A stretch of DNA of 64,000 nt from an uncultured Armatimonadia bacterium (GTDB lineage Bacteria > Armatimonadota > Zipacnadia > CAVVLO01), in the NCBI GenBank assembly GCA_963749155.1, contig CAVVLO010000002.1, forward strand, positions 1,056,001-1,120,000, given 5' to 3'. Below are positions 51,261 to 62,903 of the stretch, piece by piece. A model generated the notes under the pieces. It was not told where the DNA came from and did no database searches. It was given only the letters and a program-made list of their open reading frames with translations. Position numbers and translations under genes: made by a program. The number at the start of each line of letters is the position of its first letter. Position 1 is the first letter of the stretch.

Positions 51261-52205
51261 ATGAAGAAACTCGCCTTGCTGGTCGTACTCATGCTGGTAG
51301 TGGCCGGGGCTGCCCAGGCTGCCGACTGGTATGAGCTGCAGTACAATATGGATTCTGGTCACCAGTCATATTACAAGATGACAATGGACATGGAAGCCAA
51401 GATCCAGGCATTGGGTACCGAGATGCCTCCGATGGTGCTCCAGATGGAGCAACTGATGAGCCAGGAAGTCGTCTCGGTAGAGGATGACGAATTCACTGTG
51501 ACGTTTGAGCAGAAGCCAGTTAAGCTGATGCTCAACAACAAAGCCCAACAGCTTCCCAATATGTCGAAAGACATCCCGAAAATGTTTATCGTCTATGACA
51601 AGTATGGCGATCTGAAGAAGTTCCTGGTCGGCGAAGGAGAAGCACAGCAGGACGCCAGCGAAGCCATGAGCTCCCTGCCAACCATGCTGGGCAGCCAGTT
51701 CCCCGCTGGACTTGGAGACTTCCTTGGGCAACTGACCACTCAGGTTCAGCGTTTCATTGATGCTGATATGCCCGAACTGCCAAAAGAAGCGGTACAGGTC
51801 GGTTACAAGTGGTATTCGTACTTCCAGTCGCAGGCTGGGGAGCCAGTTACCCTTAATATGGTTACCGAGAACACTCTGATGCAGGCCAGCGACACTGCTT
51901 GCACCATCCAGACCGTAAGCAAGGCCGACTTCGCGCTGTCCGCGCCCATACCGATGCCCGATGGCAGCACCTCGCAGATGGCTATTGCTGGTACTTTCAC
52001 GGCTGCAATGTGGAGCGAGCGCGACGTGCTGACTGGCGAGATGATATCGATGACGACCCTGCCCGGCGCGCCAATGCAAATTAACCTTACAGCCAGTGGC
52101 AACATCCCGCTGGGCCCAGGCGGTCAGGCGCAGCCCATCGATGCGACAGTCGCCGTCACCGGGCAAGCTCTCAATGCTGCCAACCGAGGCTTTCACCCTG
52201 GCTGA
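51261..52205 (+). CDS. Secreted hypothetical protein (Met-rich, beta-strand-rich)
   Basis: Signal peptide MKKLALL...AQA; GGAGGG RBS; LPKEAVQVG.KW. A probable extra G near 52161 would change the C-terminus to ..GKLSMLPTEAFTLAE*. Confidence 0.7.
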   Translation: MKKLALLVVLMLVVAGAAQAADWYELQYNMDSGHQSYYKMTMDMEAKIQALGTEMPPMVLQMEQLMSQEVVSVEDDEFTVTFEQKPVKLMLNNKAQQLPNMSKDIPKMFIVYDKYGDLKKFLVGEGEAQQDASEAMSSLPTMLGSQFPAGLGDFLGQLTTQVQRFIDADMPELPKEAVQVGYKWYSYFQSQAGEPVTLNMVTENTLMQASDTACTIQTVSKADFALSAPIPMPDGSTSQMAIAGTFTAAMWSERDVLTGEMISMTTLPGAPMQINLTASGNIPLGPGGQAQPIDATVAVTGQALNAANRGFHPG

Positions 52206-52240
52206 ATAGACCGACTAGTATGAAACTGATCGACTTAAGT

Positions 52241-52282
52241 AGAGCGCGGTGCTGACTCAAAAAGGCATCGCGCTCTTTTTTT
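52241..52282 (+). terminator. Intrinsic terminator
   Basis: AGAGCGCGGTGC-loop-GCATCGCGCTCT followed by a T-run. Confidence 0.8.
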
Positions 52283-52318
52283 TGACTAAAGGGCTGGAAA
52301 AGGGCAGAATTACAGGTG

Positions 52319-52516
52319 ATGAAAGCGCGCACTCGGGGAACTCTCTTATTATTGGTGCTAGTGGTCTCACTGGTGCTTTGGTATGCGACTTTCCGCGTGC
52401 TTGGGCTGGCCGGCGAAGCCCAGGCCGAACCCAAGCTTGCCCCCAAGCCTGTCCCCGCCCACTTCGAGGTCGCCGAACCTGCCTGGGACAAGATCAACGT
52501 ACAGGAAGCCCTCTGA
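52319..52516 (+). CDS. Small single-TM hypothetical protein
   Basis: Basic N-terminus plus a hydrophobic stretch; fills the gap and ends 9 nt before trmFO. Confidence 0.5.
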   Translation: MKARTRGTLLLLVLVVSLVLWYATFRVLGLAGEAQAEPKLAPKPVPAHFEVAEPAWDKINVQEAL

Positions 52517-52525
52517 GGCTCCGAG

Positions 52526-53869
52526 GTGACCCCCTTGATTACCGTCATTGGCGCCGGGCTGGCTGGAGCCGAAGCGGCTTACCAGATTGCCCGGCGCGGT
52601 CTGGCCGTTCGGCTTTTCGAGATGCGTCCAGCCAAACCAACTCCCGCGCATAAGACGGCCAACTTTGCCGAACTGGTCTGCAGCAATTCACTAAAGTCTG
52701 CCAGGCCTGACAGCGCAACCGGGTTGCTCCAGGCAGAGCTGCGCCGGCTGGATAGTCTGTTGCTGCGGACTGCGGATGAAGCCGCACTGCCTGGCGGGCA
52801 GGCGCTGGTGGTAGACAGAGACGTCTTCGGCGCGCTGGTGACGGAAAAACTGCTTGCCAATCCACTAATAGAAGTCGTGCGCGAAGAAGTGACCTGCCTG
52901 CCCCAGGGGCCCGAGCCACGGCTTATCGCCTCAGGCCCTCTCACAAGTGATATGCTCAGCCAGGCTATCAGCCAGCTTGCAGGGCAGGATCATCTTTATT
53001 TCTACGACGCCGTCGCGCCCATTGTGACGCGGGATTCGGTGGATGAGACCCAGGCCTTCTGGGCAAGCCGGTATGGGCTCGGGTCAGCGGATTCCTACCT
53101 GAATTGCCCGCTCACTCGCGAAGAATACGAGGCCTTCTATCAGACCTTAAGGAACGCCGAACAGGCAAATCTGCATGATTTCGACCGCAAGGCTTTTTTC
53201 GAGGGCTGCCTTCCAATTGAAGAGATAGCCAGGCGCGGGCCCAATGTGCTGGCTTTCGGCCCGATGAAACCGACCGGCCTGGTCGATCCTGCCACCGGAC
53301 GCAGGCCTTATGCGGTCATCCAGCTTCGCCCCGAGAACGCCGATGGCTCTTTGCTTAACCTGGTAGGCTTCCAGACAGCTCTCAAGTGGGGTGAGCAGGA
53401 CCGGCTGGTCAGGCTTATCCCGGCTCTTCGAAACGCAGAAATCGTGCGATATGGCGTTATGCACCGTAACACCTACCTGCACTCTCCAGGGCGGCTTGCA
53501 GCAAGCCTGAACTGGCTTGAAGATGAGACGCTGTTTTTCGCAGGGCAGATTGTCGGCGTAGAGGGATACCTCGAGAGCATCGCGACTGGCCTGCTGGCCG
53601 GGTTGAATGTGGCGCGCCTGGCCCAGGGCCTGCCGGTGACGGTTCCGCCGCTTGAGACGATGCTTGGAGCACTCGTCCACTATGTTGAGCACGGGATGGA
53701 GCGCAGCAAGGGCTTTCCCCCGATGAACGCGAATCTGGGTATACTGCCAATGCCAGAGGGCGTACGCCAGCGCAAGGTCCAGTTGCGCGAGGCAAAGGTA
53801 GAACGCGCTCAAAAGGCGCTTGCAGAGTGGGCCACCCGCCTGGAGGAGGAGTCCGTCCTGGCACGCTAA
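52526..53869 (+). CDS. trmFO: Folate/FAD-dependent tRNA m5U54 methyltransferase TrmFO (Gid)
   Basis: GAGLAG.EAA, ELVCSNS, YFYDA.API, FEGCLP.E, VGFQT.L..GEQ, YGVMHRN, AGQI.GVEGY. Confidence 0.96.
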   Translation: MTPLITVIGAGLAGAEAAYQIARRGLAVRLFEMRPAKPTPAHKTANFAELVCSNSLKSARPDSATGLLQAELRRLDSLLLRTADEAALPGGQALVVDRDVFGALVTEKLLANPLIEVVREEVTCLPQGPEPRLIASGPLTSDMLSQAISQLAGQDHLYFYDAVAPIVTRDSVDETQAFWASRYGLGSADSYLNCPLTREEYEAFYQTLRNAEQANLHDFDRKAFFEGCLPIEEIARRGPNVLAFGPMKPTGLVDPATGRRPYAVIQLRPENADGSLLNLVGFQTALKWGEQDRLVRLIPALRNAEIVRYGVMHRNTYLHSPGRLAASLNWLEDETLFFAGQIVGVEGYLESIATGLLAGLNVARLAQGLPVTVPPLETMLGALVHYVEHGMERSKGFPPMNANLGILPMPEGVRQRKVQLREAKVERAQKALAEWATRLEEESVLAR

Positions 53870-53884
53870 GGCCGGGGCGCGAGG

Positions 53885-54866
53885 ATGAAAGTCGGCGAAG
53901 CCATAGAGAGCTTTCTGCAGTATCTGGAGCAGGCCAAAGGCGCCTCGTCCAACACGGTGCGCAGCTATGCGGCTGACCTGGCGCAGTTTGCCGAGCAGGT
54001 CGGCCCGGACCGAGACCTGGCCGAGGTAGAGGTAGCGGTGCTGCGCAAGTTCGTTGCCTGGCTCAGGCGCGAAGGCAAGCAGGATACTACTATGGCCCGC
54101 AAGATGTCCGCCGTGCGCAGTCTGATGGACTTCGCCCTGCGTCGCGGGGCGCTTGAAAGCAACCCGGCCCGCAGCCTCAGCACCCCTCTTAAACGCAAAC
54201 GTCTGCCGAAGTTTCTCTATACCGCCCAACTTGAGGCCCTACTGGCCGCTCCTGATGCCAATACGGCACTCGGACTGCGAGATAGAGCCCTGCTCGAGCT
54301 GCTTTACGCCACTGGCCTCAGAGTTTCGGAACTCTGTTCACTGGAAATAGGGCAACTTGATTTCGATTACGGCAGTCTCAAAGTAGTCGGGAAACGCAAC
54401 AAGGAGCGCGCTGTTTTCTTTGGCAAGCAAGCTGCCAGGGCCCTGGAAGAGTATCTCCAAAAGGGCAGGCCGATACTTGCGCGAGCCTCGGGCAAGCTGG
54501 AAGCGCCCAAAGCGCTGTTTCTTAACAGGAGTGGCACACCCCTTAGCTCGCGTAGCGTGGCCAGGGCACTCGAAAAGTATTGCTTGCAAGTGGGCCTTGA
54601 GGCGGGCATCAGCCCCCATACTCTGAGACACACTTTCGCAACTCATCTGCTGGAGCACGGCGCCAATCTGAGGGCTATCCAGACACTTGCTTGGGCATGA
54701 AAATCTTAGCACTACCGAAATTTATACTCATGTAACTACTCGCCAGATGCTGGCCCAGTATAAACTGGCGCACCCACTGGCGGAGGAGGACGCGGCCGAT
54801 GAGCTCAAACAGAGGCGAGATGGGTCCGATGTTGGGCACGACGATCCTGGCGGTAAGGCGAGATGA
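53885..54866 (+). CDS. xerC: Tyrosine recombinase XerC/CodV (+1 frameshift near 54687)
   Basis: LLYATGLRVSEL, GKRNKER, SPHTLRHTFATHLL; the next frame supplies LLGHENLSTTEIYTHV (catalytic His and Tyr). trmFO-xerC-hslVU context. Confidence 0.9.
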
Positions 54867-55356
54867 CAAACTGGTCTTTGCCGGAGATGGCCAGGTCACT
54901 TTCAACAACACTATCCTGAAGGCTACCGCGCGCAAAGTGCAGCGGATGTATCACGGCCAGGTACTGGGCGGATTCGCCGGTTCGGTCGCGGACAGCCTGA
55001 CCTTGTTCGAGCGATTCGAGCGCAGGCTGGAAGAAACCAGCGGCAACCTGGCGAAAGCCGCTTATGAGCTTGCTCGCGACTGGCGCGGCGACAAGCTGCT
55101 ACGCCGCCTGGAAGCGATGTTGATGGTAGGCAACAAGCAAGACTTGCTGCTGCTGTCGGGTAATGGCGAAGTCATTCGGCCAGATGAGGAGATCGCCTCA
55201 ATAGGGTCAGGTTCGCCGGAGGCGCTTTCGGCCGCCAAGGCGCTGCTTCGCCATTCTGATCTGGACGCCGAAGCCATCGTCCGGGCCGCTATGGAAGTGG
55301 CCGCCGAGCTTTGCATCTATACCAATACCAACATCACCGTAGAGGTGCTTGACTAG
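54829..55356 (+). CDS. hslV: ATP-dependent protease peptidase subunit HslV/ClpQ
   Basis: TTILAV..GDGQVT, GFAGSVAD, LRRLEA, IGSG, CIYTN. Confidence 0.96.
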   Translation: MLGTTILAVRRDDKLVFAGDGQVTFNNTILKATARKVQRMYHGQVLGGFAGSVADSLTLFERFERRLEETSGNLAKAAYELARDWRGDKLLRRLEAMLMVGNKQDLLLLSGNGEVIRPDEEIASIGSGSPEALSAAKALLRHSDLDAEAIVRAAMEVAAELCIYTNTNITVEVLD

Positions 55357-56787
55357 ATGGGCCAGCCAGAAAAACCAAATCTTACTCCGCGCCAGATAGT
55401 GGAGGAGCTAGACCGGTATATCGTGGGGCAGGATCCCGCCAAGCGAGCCGTCGCAATCGCGATGCGCAACCGCTACCGCCGCCGACAGCTTTCCGAAGAG
55501 CTGCGCGCCGAGGTCAGCCCAAAAAATATTCTTATGATTGGGCCAACGGGCGTCGGCAAGACCGAGATAGCCAGACGCCTGGCAGCGATGGCCAATGCGC
55601 CTTTTCTGAAAGTCGAGGCGACGAAATACACCGAGGTTGGTTATGTCGGCCGGGACGTCGAGTCTATGGTGCGCGACCTGATGGAAGCCTCAATCCGCCT
55701 GGTCGAGCAGCGCAAGCTGGTCGAGGTGGAGGACCGAGCCGCCATACTTGCCGAGGAAAGACTGCTTGAGCTGCTGCAACCGTCTCCCAAGCGCACTCCA
55801 GAGGGAGCTGGCTTCCTGTCAGGCTTGTTCGGAGGAGGCCCACCCCAGGCCGCAGAGGGTCAGCCCCCTGCCGATGAGGGCCACTTCCAGGAACAGGAAG
55901 AACGGGTCCAGCGCATTCGCGAGCAATTGCGCGGCAAGCTGGAGGCCGGGCAGCTTGAAGACCACGAGGTAGAGATCGAGATCGAAGCGGGCTCCTCTCC
56001 AATGATAGAGATCTTCTCACCCCATGGCAGCGAGCAGATGGGCGTCGATATGCAGGATCTGTTCGGTTCGATGATGCCCAAGCGCACGCGCAAGCGCCGC
56101 GTCACAATCGCCGAAGCCAGGGAACTCCTCAAACGGCAGGAAGCAGAAAAACTGATAGACCGAGACGCGGTCATCCGGGAAGCCCTGGATTCAGCCGAAA
56201 ACGATGGGATTATTTTCCTCGATGAGCTGGACAAAGTGGCAGGGCGAGAGGGCGTTCAGGGGCCAGACGTTTCGCGAGAGGGCGTCCAGAGAGACATCCT
56301 GCCGATAGTTGAGGGTTCTACTGTCAACACGAAGTATGGCCCGGTCAATACTCAGCATGTGCTTTTCATCGCGGCGGGAGCTTTCAATGTCAGCAAGCCA
56401 AGTGATCTCATTCCCGAGCTTCAAGGGCGTTTCCCGATCCGGGTAGAGCTTGCCAGCCTGTCAGCCGACGACTTCAAACGCATCCTGACCGAGCCGGAGA
56501 ACTCTCTGGTGCGCCAGTATACCGAGTTGCTCGCAACCGAAGGGCTCGAGGTGCTCTTTGGAGAAGACGCCGTCGAAGAGCTTGCTCAGGTTGCCCAGAA
56601 GGTTAACGACCAGACCGAGAATATCGGCGCAAGGCGCCTGCACACGGTAATTGAAAAACTGCTCGAAGAAGCGTCTTTTTATGCGCCCGAACTGTCCGGT
56701 CAGCAGCTTGTTGTAGACAGAGCCTTCGTTAAGCAACGTCTGGCTGATCTGGCCGAAAACGCTGATCTCAGTCGGTACATCTTGTAG
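55357..56787 (+). CDS. hslU: ATP-dependent protease ATPase subunit HslU/ClpY
   Basis: [55 protein letters not shown]. Confidence 0.97.
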   Translation: MGQPEKPNLTPRQIVEELDRYIVGQDPAKRAVAIAMRNRYRRRQLSEELRAEVSPKNILMIGPTGVGKTEIARRLAAMANAPFLKVEATKYTEVGYVGRDVESMVRDLMEASIRLVEQRKLVEVEDRAAILAEERLLELLQPSPKRTPEGAGFLSGLFGGGPPQAAEGQPPADEGHFQEQEERVQRIREQLRGKLEAGQLEDHEVEIEIEAGSSPMIEIFSPHGSEQMGVDMQDLFGSMMPKRTRKRRVTIAEARELLKRQEAEKLIDRDAVIREALDSAENDGIIFLDELDKVAGREGVQGPDVSREGVQRDILPIVEGSTVNTKYGPVNTQHVLFIAAGAFNVSKPSDLIPELQGRFPIRVELASLSADDFKRILTEPENSLVRQYTELLATEGLEVLFGEDAVEELAQVAQKVNDQTENIGARRLHTVIEKLLEEASFYAPELSGQQLVVDRAFVKQRLADLAENADLSRYIL

Positions 56788-56812
56788 CTCCAAGCTTCGG
56801 GGGGAGAGGGTT

Positions 56813-59800
56813 ATGAAGACCATCGTTTGGCTGGTCTTGCTCCTGGGTTTGCTTTTTAGCAGTCTGGTGGGGGCGACATCTTTGGAGAAGCCCTGGATAA
56901 CCGACACCTTCTTCTACTGGTATGGCTGGGATTATGAAGCCCAAAAGGGCAGTTGGATTGGCGGCGTGTATTGGACCCCCTTGAACGGCTACTATGATTC
57001 GGCCACCTACAAGGATAACTACGACCGGCTGAAGCTGGCCGCCGATTGGGGCGTCACTGGCCATTTTATGGATTACTGGGCGCCCAACTGGCTCGACCGC
57101 GAGGGCAAGCCTCGCGAGGGCTTGCTTATGCGCGCCAGCGAGCAACTTTCTAGTGAAGGCTACGATGTCTTTATGTCCTATTATCAGGACGGCGAAGACT
57201 TCGACCAGAAAGATTTCGCGCGCAATATGGATCCGGGCCGAGATGTCTATCTGATGCTCGAAAGGTCTGCTTCCTCCCCCGTCTATCCCAAACTCGAAGG
57301 CAAGCCCTTCCACGTCGTATATGCGCGTAACGGGGTGCCGGCGCTTACCACAGACAACGAAGGCTTCCGCAGTTGGGCGCTTGCGCGATACCACGACCTG
57401 GCCGGCCTTAACGAGGCCTGGGGGACCAGTTTCAGTGAGCCGAACGAGATAAAACTGGATTTTGGATCCGGCGTCTGGCGCGCCGACAGCATCAGGTTCC
57501 AGATTGCCGAATGGAAACGGCAGTGGGCTGAGCTGGATGACCGCATCAAGCAGCGGTTCGGCTTCGAGGGACTCTACTCGGCCCAGGATGTCGGGTATGC
57601 GCCCTTCCGTGGATTTCGGCTACACGCCGCTTTTCGAAGCGCTTGCAGGCCCGCAGTCTTATGGGGGGATATTCGGGCAGCCCCACGACCAGGATGAGGA
57701 CCGGCTGAATCCAGTCGCTGGTGTCGAAATACTATCCAACCCCTTTCTTCGACTGTTGGAAGAACAATTACTGCGACTGGGAGATACGTCTCCAGGGAGT
57801 TAATTACCGCCCTGATCCCTTCATCTTCGATCGTTTCTTCGTGGGCGACCTGCTGCGTTATAACGAAGCGATGCTTCATATGTCTTTCAACGAGTGGTGG
57901 GAAGGCTCGCCCCTCGAGCCGACCCAGGAGAATGGTAAAAAGTTTCTCGAGAAGACACTGCAGTATTCGACGTTGATGCAGCTTTGGTTCTCGGCGCTCA
58001 AGCACCCGATGCAAGAAGCCGAGGTAGCAGTAATCCTTTCGGACTGGAGCTATATGGTCGGTGCTATCGGGCAGGCGGAGCAGAAGGCCTTGCTACAGGA
58101 GCTACGCCGGCTGAACGTGCCTTTCCGTCTGATACCGGACACTTTGTTCAAGCCCGAGCTTCTTGAAGGCTGTAAAGTGGTAATCGCCCCGACTTGTGGG
58201 GCAGACCTTGGGCAAAACTTCGAAGGCAAGGCCATCGGGCCTGAGCTGACCGCCTGGGTGAAAGCCGCGCCCGACCGGCGCCTGGTGGCTTCGCGCAGCG
58301 CTTTCCTCTCAAAGCAACTAGGCGCGCGTCTCCTTGGAGGGGCTACAGTGGCTGCTGGGCCAGACCAGCATTTCGTGCTGGATGTCGGCGCAGCAGGCGA
58401 TGAGCGTTATCTGCTTTCGGGCTACAGCGGGCCTGAGACCTGGGGCTGGATTGAAGAAGACCCAAGTGTGCGCTGGACGCCGGCTGTCAGCCCAACCACG
58501 AAGGTATTGATTCCAGTCAGTCCAGGTCGCGACCAGGAGGTCCGGGTTTTGGGCTCGGCGACCTGGGCCAACACCCTCGAGCTGTCCTTCGAAGGCCAGC
58601 CCGTGGGCAGTTTTGTTATTCAAACCGGTCTGGTGGATGTGCGGGCAGAACTGCCAGCCAACCTGGTTGGGGGACGGACTGCCGGCGCTCTTGAAATCTC
58701 CTGGGCGAAGTCTAACGTGCCCGGCGAGCTGGCCCCTGAGCAGTATCCTAACGAGCAGCGGATATGCAACCTGGGCCTGTCACGTATAGAGGTTGTGACT
58801 AGCGGCACGGGCTTCGATTCGCCCGTCCAGTATGAGGCGCCCCAGACCCGTTTGACTGGCCAACCCGCAGCGAAAGTTATTCGGCTTCAAGCCTGGCAAG
58901 ACGCTCCAGCTTGAGGGTTACGAGGCTCACGACTACATGACTCTGGGCCAGGTACTCGCCACATATGCTCAGGACGGCCTGCCTTATGCAATGGAAAGGG
59001 CCCTTGGCCAGGGAAAAGCGCTTTACACCAACGGGAGCCTGAGCGCCCTGCTGGCTGCCGGCAGCCTGGCGCCAATCCTGGAAAACTGGGCAGGCGTTAA
59101 GGTGCCACGCGAGATAACCGGTGAGGATGTACTTGGCACAGTGCTGCCAGGCCAGGGTTCTGACCTGGTACTCGCTTACAACTACAATGTGTTCACCCGG
59201 CCCAAGGTCGAGTTTGCCCTCCAGGCGAAAACCGGCTTGCCGCTTGCCGAAGTGATGGCAGTCAGCGTGGATGGAGAACGCTACGAAGAGGTGCCGGCAA
59301 AGGTCAGCGAAGGTCGTGTTCGGTTCTCGGACAAGTTTGGATATTTCGGCATCTATGACCTGAGCTATTGCAAAGTGAAGCCGACAACCCCCGCGCTTGC
59401 TTTGTGTCCAGGCGAGCGCGCCAACTGGCTTGTCAAATTGACCAACCTGACCGATACGCCAGTGGAGGGCACAGCCCAACTCATCTCGGTCATCCCGACA
59501 CTCGGGGGCGAGACGTTGCGTTTCAGTCTGGCAGCCAGAGAAAGCCGCACTGTCGAGGTGCCGGTGGCCGCGCGCGCAGATTGCGACTGGGGCTACAAGA
59601 CCGCCGTGCTTAGGCTCACACTGGAAGGTGTGCAGACCGACTTCCTGCGCCGGATAATCATCGAGCAGGCGCCAGAACTCAAGCTCGCAACGCCCAGTGC
59701 TGGACGCCGCCAGTCCGACCTGACCCTCGAAAACGCCGCGTCGCGCTTCTCGCCGCGCTCCTCTGCAGGCGCTGTCGTCGTGCAGGCCCCTGGCGGGAAG

Positions 59801-61942
59801 GCCTCCCTCGGCGAAGTGAAGCCTGGTGAGCAGGCAACTGGCCTACTCAGTGGGCTGGCTCTCGGTCAGACCGATGTCCACAAACTGACGCGAGTTCCTT
59901 TAACAGCCCAGTATTCCACTCGAGGCGAGGCCACGAAAGCTGAATTAGAGGCCTGGGCAGCTTCTCTGCCTGAGGAATATAAAGCGCCTGAAGGCGCACT
60001 GTATCCCCTTGCGGTTGCCAACGCCTCAGACAATTCGCTGGATAACTGGCTTTGCGAGTGGAAACTGACCGCTAAAGAACCCAGGCAACTCTACGTTGTC
60101 GCCGAGTCTGGAGTGCCAGTACCAAGTCAGGTCTGTGAAACGAAAGAAGGCCGGTCGCTCTACTTTATTGCCCAGGCGCCGGCGCGAGGTGTGGCGTATT
60201 ACTTTGTATGCGAGGGCGCGGGGCCGGCAGTTTCAACCGACCTGGTGGCGGAAAAACCTGGCGAGGCTGGGCCCATCGACCTGGCTACCGGGGAACTGGC
60301 CTTCACAGTAGACGGCCTCTGCGGCGGTACGTTGACACAGCTCAAGAGCCGCGCAACCGGGCTGGATTATGCCTCCAGGACTTCAGGTACCTTCGGGGCG
60401 GGTTATGGCGTGTTCGGCCAGTACCAGCCTGATCGGCCACTCGAGCGAACCGAGACTTATGTCCAGGACAAGCTCACCTGGCAACGCGACAAGCCTGCCG
60501 AAGTGCGCCTGGTCGAATCGGGCCCTGTGCGCGCGGTCGTCGAGGTGACCTGGGAAGATGCAGGAGTCGCTGTGAAGCAACGCTACGAGGCTTTCGCTTA
60601 CCAGCCCTGGTTCACAGTGGAAACCGAGCTTGTGCCGAAGCAGCTTCCCGAAGGCGCAGAACTCGTAGCGCAGGATGCCCGTTTTGAGCTGAACAATCTG
60701 ACCAAGACCTTCCCCAACTTCGTGGGCGAGGTCAAGAAAGACACAATTGAGGCGCAGTTCGGCTGGAGGGAAGCCAACTGGGTACCCCCCTTCATCAGCT
60801 TTATGACGCCGCCTGATTATCTGGAGAGCCTCTCGGTCGTGAAGCTCGAGGCCACCGGGCTTAATTTTATCCGGCAGGGCTTCTGGACGGCCAAACGTCC
60901 AGAGCGTGGCCATGCGCGCTGGGCTGAGGCGGAATTCGTTGCTCGCGATTATCTGGGCAGTGGCCTGCCAAAGCGAATCCATCTGAAGACTGCCTGCCTG
61001 CTGCATCAGGGCCACCAACCAGTAGCCGCCGAGTGGTTGCAACAGGTTCAGGAGAATGTTATTCTGCTGCGGCCAGGCAATTGGCGAGCAACTGATGAAC
61101 GCCTGGCACTCCCAGAGGTAGCGCCTGCTCTGGTAAAACCGGCCTGGTGGAGTCCTGAATGGCCTCTGCGCGCCGAAATCAGACAGGGGGGAGAGGCTGG
61201 GCCTTTCCTGGCTATCAAAGCAGCGGTGGATGAGCTGGCTACTCAGCTCGGTAGTAGTGGTCTGGAAGCGAAAGTGGTGTGGCTTGATACTGCAGGCCAC
61301 CTGCTCGGTGCTACCACCGCTTTTCCCCTCGACTACGGCGTTCATGGGCGGTATCTTGCCTCTGCCAGGTCAGATGAACCAGCGTCCACGGCCTGGCTTT
61401 ATCTGCGCCCTTCCAGTCGGCCTCTTGCCCCACCTCGCGCAAGTGGTATTACCGATGGCAGCTTCGCGCTAGGGCAGTGGACCTATGGGGCTGGGACTGG
61501 CCCGAGTGAGGAAGGCAGGACAGACAGTGCTTCGGCCAGGCTGGATACTCGAGGGGCAACCCCTGCCCAGATGGCCTATCCCCTTTTCGACCCGCTGCCC
61601 AACAGCGAATATGAGGTGCGGTTTTGGGCCAGGTCTACTGAAGGAACTGGCATACTTTGGCTTAACTTTTTCGGGGGAGCGCATACTGACTTCGGCCAGC
61701 TTGGAGTTTCCATCGAAGCAGGCCAGCCCTGGAAGCAGTATACTGTGACATCACCCGTGGGCGATTTCCTGCCCGCTGGGTGGCTTGGCGCCTCGGGCGA
61801 AAGGCCTGGACTGCGCTTCTTCGTGCGCGAGGCTGGTCTGCAGTTGCTGGTGGATGATGTGGAAGTGGTTCCGTTCAGAGAGGCTGATCCCTGGGCAAAA
61901 GTGCCCCTGGCTGAACTGGGCGGATTGCAGCGTGTATACTGA
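56813..61942 (+). CDS. Very large secreted glycoside-hydrolase-like multidomain protein (about 1700 aa; +1 frameshifts near 57615, 57708 and 58874)
   Basis: Signal peptide; FFYWY..PLNGYYDS..SFNEWWEGS.LEP (GH99/GH71-like barrel) containing FRSWALARYHDLAGLNEAWGT (GH42-like); then a trimerisation-like domain, ESGPVRA beta-sandwich and CBM-like LPNSEYEVRFWARS..VDDV. Single-base removals join all four ORF pieces. Confidence 0.65.
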
Positions 61943-62458
61943 GTGACTCAAAGGGAAGGCGCGGAGGCCTTGCTGGGAGATTCTGGGGGTGCAGTTTCAT
62001 TGCCGGATGTAAATGTATTGGTGTTAACGGGAGTTGCCACAAAAGATGCGCAGCTAAGACCAAAAGCCTCTGGCCAGGTCAAGGCCGAGTTCAGTTTTGA
62101 AGTCGCCAGGCCTTTCTTCAGGGCAGATGGCGAAGCCGTATCCGACCTGTTTCTCATTGACGCCTGGGGGCCACTGGGTGAATGGGCCTATGCCAATGTA
62201 AAACAGGGAGTACGTCTATTCATCATTGGCACGTTGAACAAAGAAAGCTACATCACTCGTCACGGCGGGAAAGAGCATCTGACCGTTGTCAAAGCTAAAG
62301 AGATACGTCCTCTCGAACGCGATGCTCTCTCTGAGACACCTCTCGATTTCGGCGAAGTGCGCAAGGATCACTGGCATGAGGACCTGATCGACGCCCAACT
62401 CGAACTGGTGCGTCAATTGGCTTCCGAGGTCACAAGTCCAGCCCTCAGCCTCGAATAA
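61943..62458 (+). CDS. Single-stranded DNA-binding (SSB/PriB-like OB-fold) protein, atypical
   Basis: NVLVLTG..TKD..LR, FSFEVARP, D.F.I.AWG.L.E, KQG.R..I.G.L....Y; no acidic DDDIPF tail. Confidence 0.75.
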   Translation: MTQREGAEALLGDSGGAVSLPDVNVLVLTGVATKDAQLRPKASGQVKAEFSFEVARPFFRADGEAVSDLFLIDAWGPLGEWAYANVKQGVRLFIIGTLNKESYITRHGGKEHLTVVKAKEIRPLERDALSETPLDFGEVRKDHWHEDLIDAQLELVRQLASEVTSPALSLE

Positions 62459-62478
62459 GGCTTCCAGCCAAAGCTGGA

Positions 62479-62892
62479 GTGGAACAAATGAGCGAGCAAG
62501 AACTGAGCTCGGATGGTTGGTGCTTCGCTTGTGGAGACGCCAATCCGGCCGGGCTGCACCTTCATTTCGAGCAGACTGAAGAAGGGTACGAGACTCTCTT
62601 TGAGACTCGTCCCGAGCACACTGGCTATGCCGGCATCGTGCATGGGGGATTGATCGCAACTGTCCTCGATGAGGTAGCCGCAAGGTATACCTGGGTACTC
62701 GGTGATCCGGCCGTGACCGCCAGGATGGAACTGCGATATCGTCAGCCTGTAAAGGTAGGCGAGAAGCTGAATATCAGGTGTCGGCTTACAGGAAGCAAAG
62801 GCCGGCTCACTTTCGCTGAAACCACTGCTCATAACGAGCAAGGAGAACTGGTCGCAGAGGCGAAAGTTACTCTCTCCAGACTCGAGGCTTAG
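62479..62892 (+). CDS. PaaI-family (hotdog) thioesterase
   Basis: CFACG..NP.GL, GIVHGG.IAT.LDE, VTA....Y..P. Confidence 0.9.
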   Translation: MEQMSEQELSSDGWCFACGDANPAGLHLHFEQTEEGYETLFETRPEHTGYAGIVHGGLIATVLDEVAARYTWVLGDPAVTARMELRYRQPVKVGEKLNIRCRLTGSKGRLTFAETTAHNEQGELVAEAKVTLSRLEA

Positions 62893-62903
62893 GGGGAACC
62901 CCA

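Noticed and set aside
52319..52516. Small ORF as the RiPP precursor for the rSAM/PqqD cluster
   Set aside because: It is separated from the cluster by two terminators and two genes, looks like a TM or signal-anchored peptide, has no Cys or core-like motif, and is coupled to trmFO.
53885..54866. Tyrosine recombinase as a phage or ICE integrase, or as a pseudogene
   Set aside because: The trmFO-xerC-hslVU context marks it as housekeeping XerC/CodV, and the catalytic His/Tyr are intact in the +1 frame, consistent with the window-wide indel error pattern.
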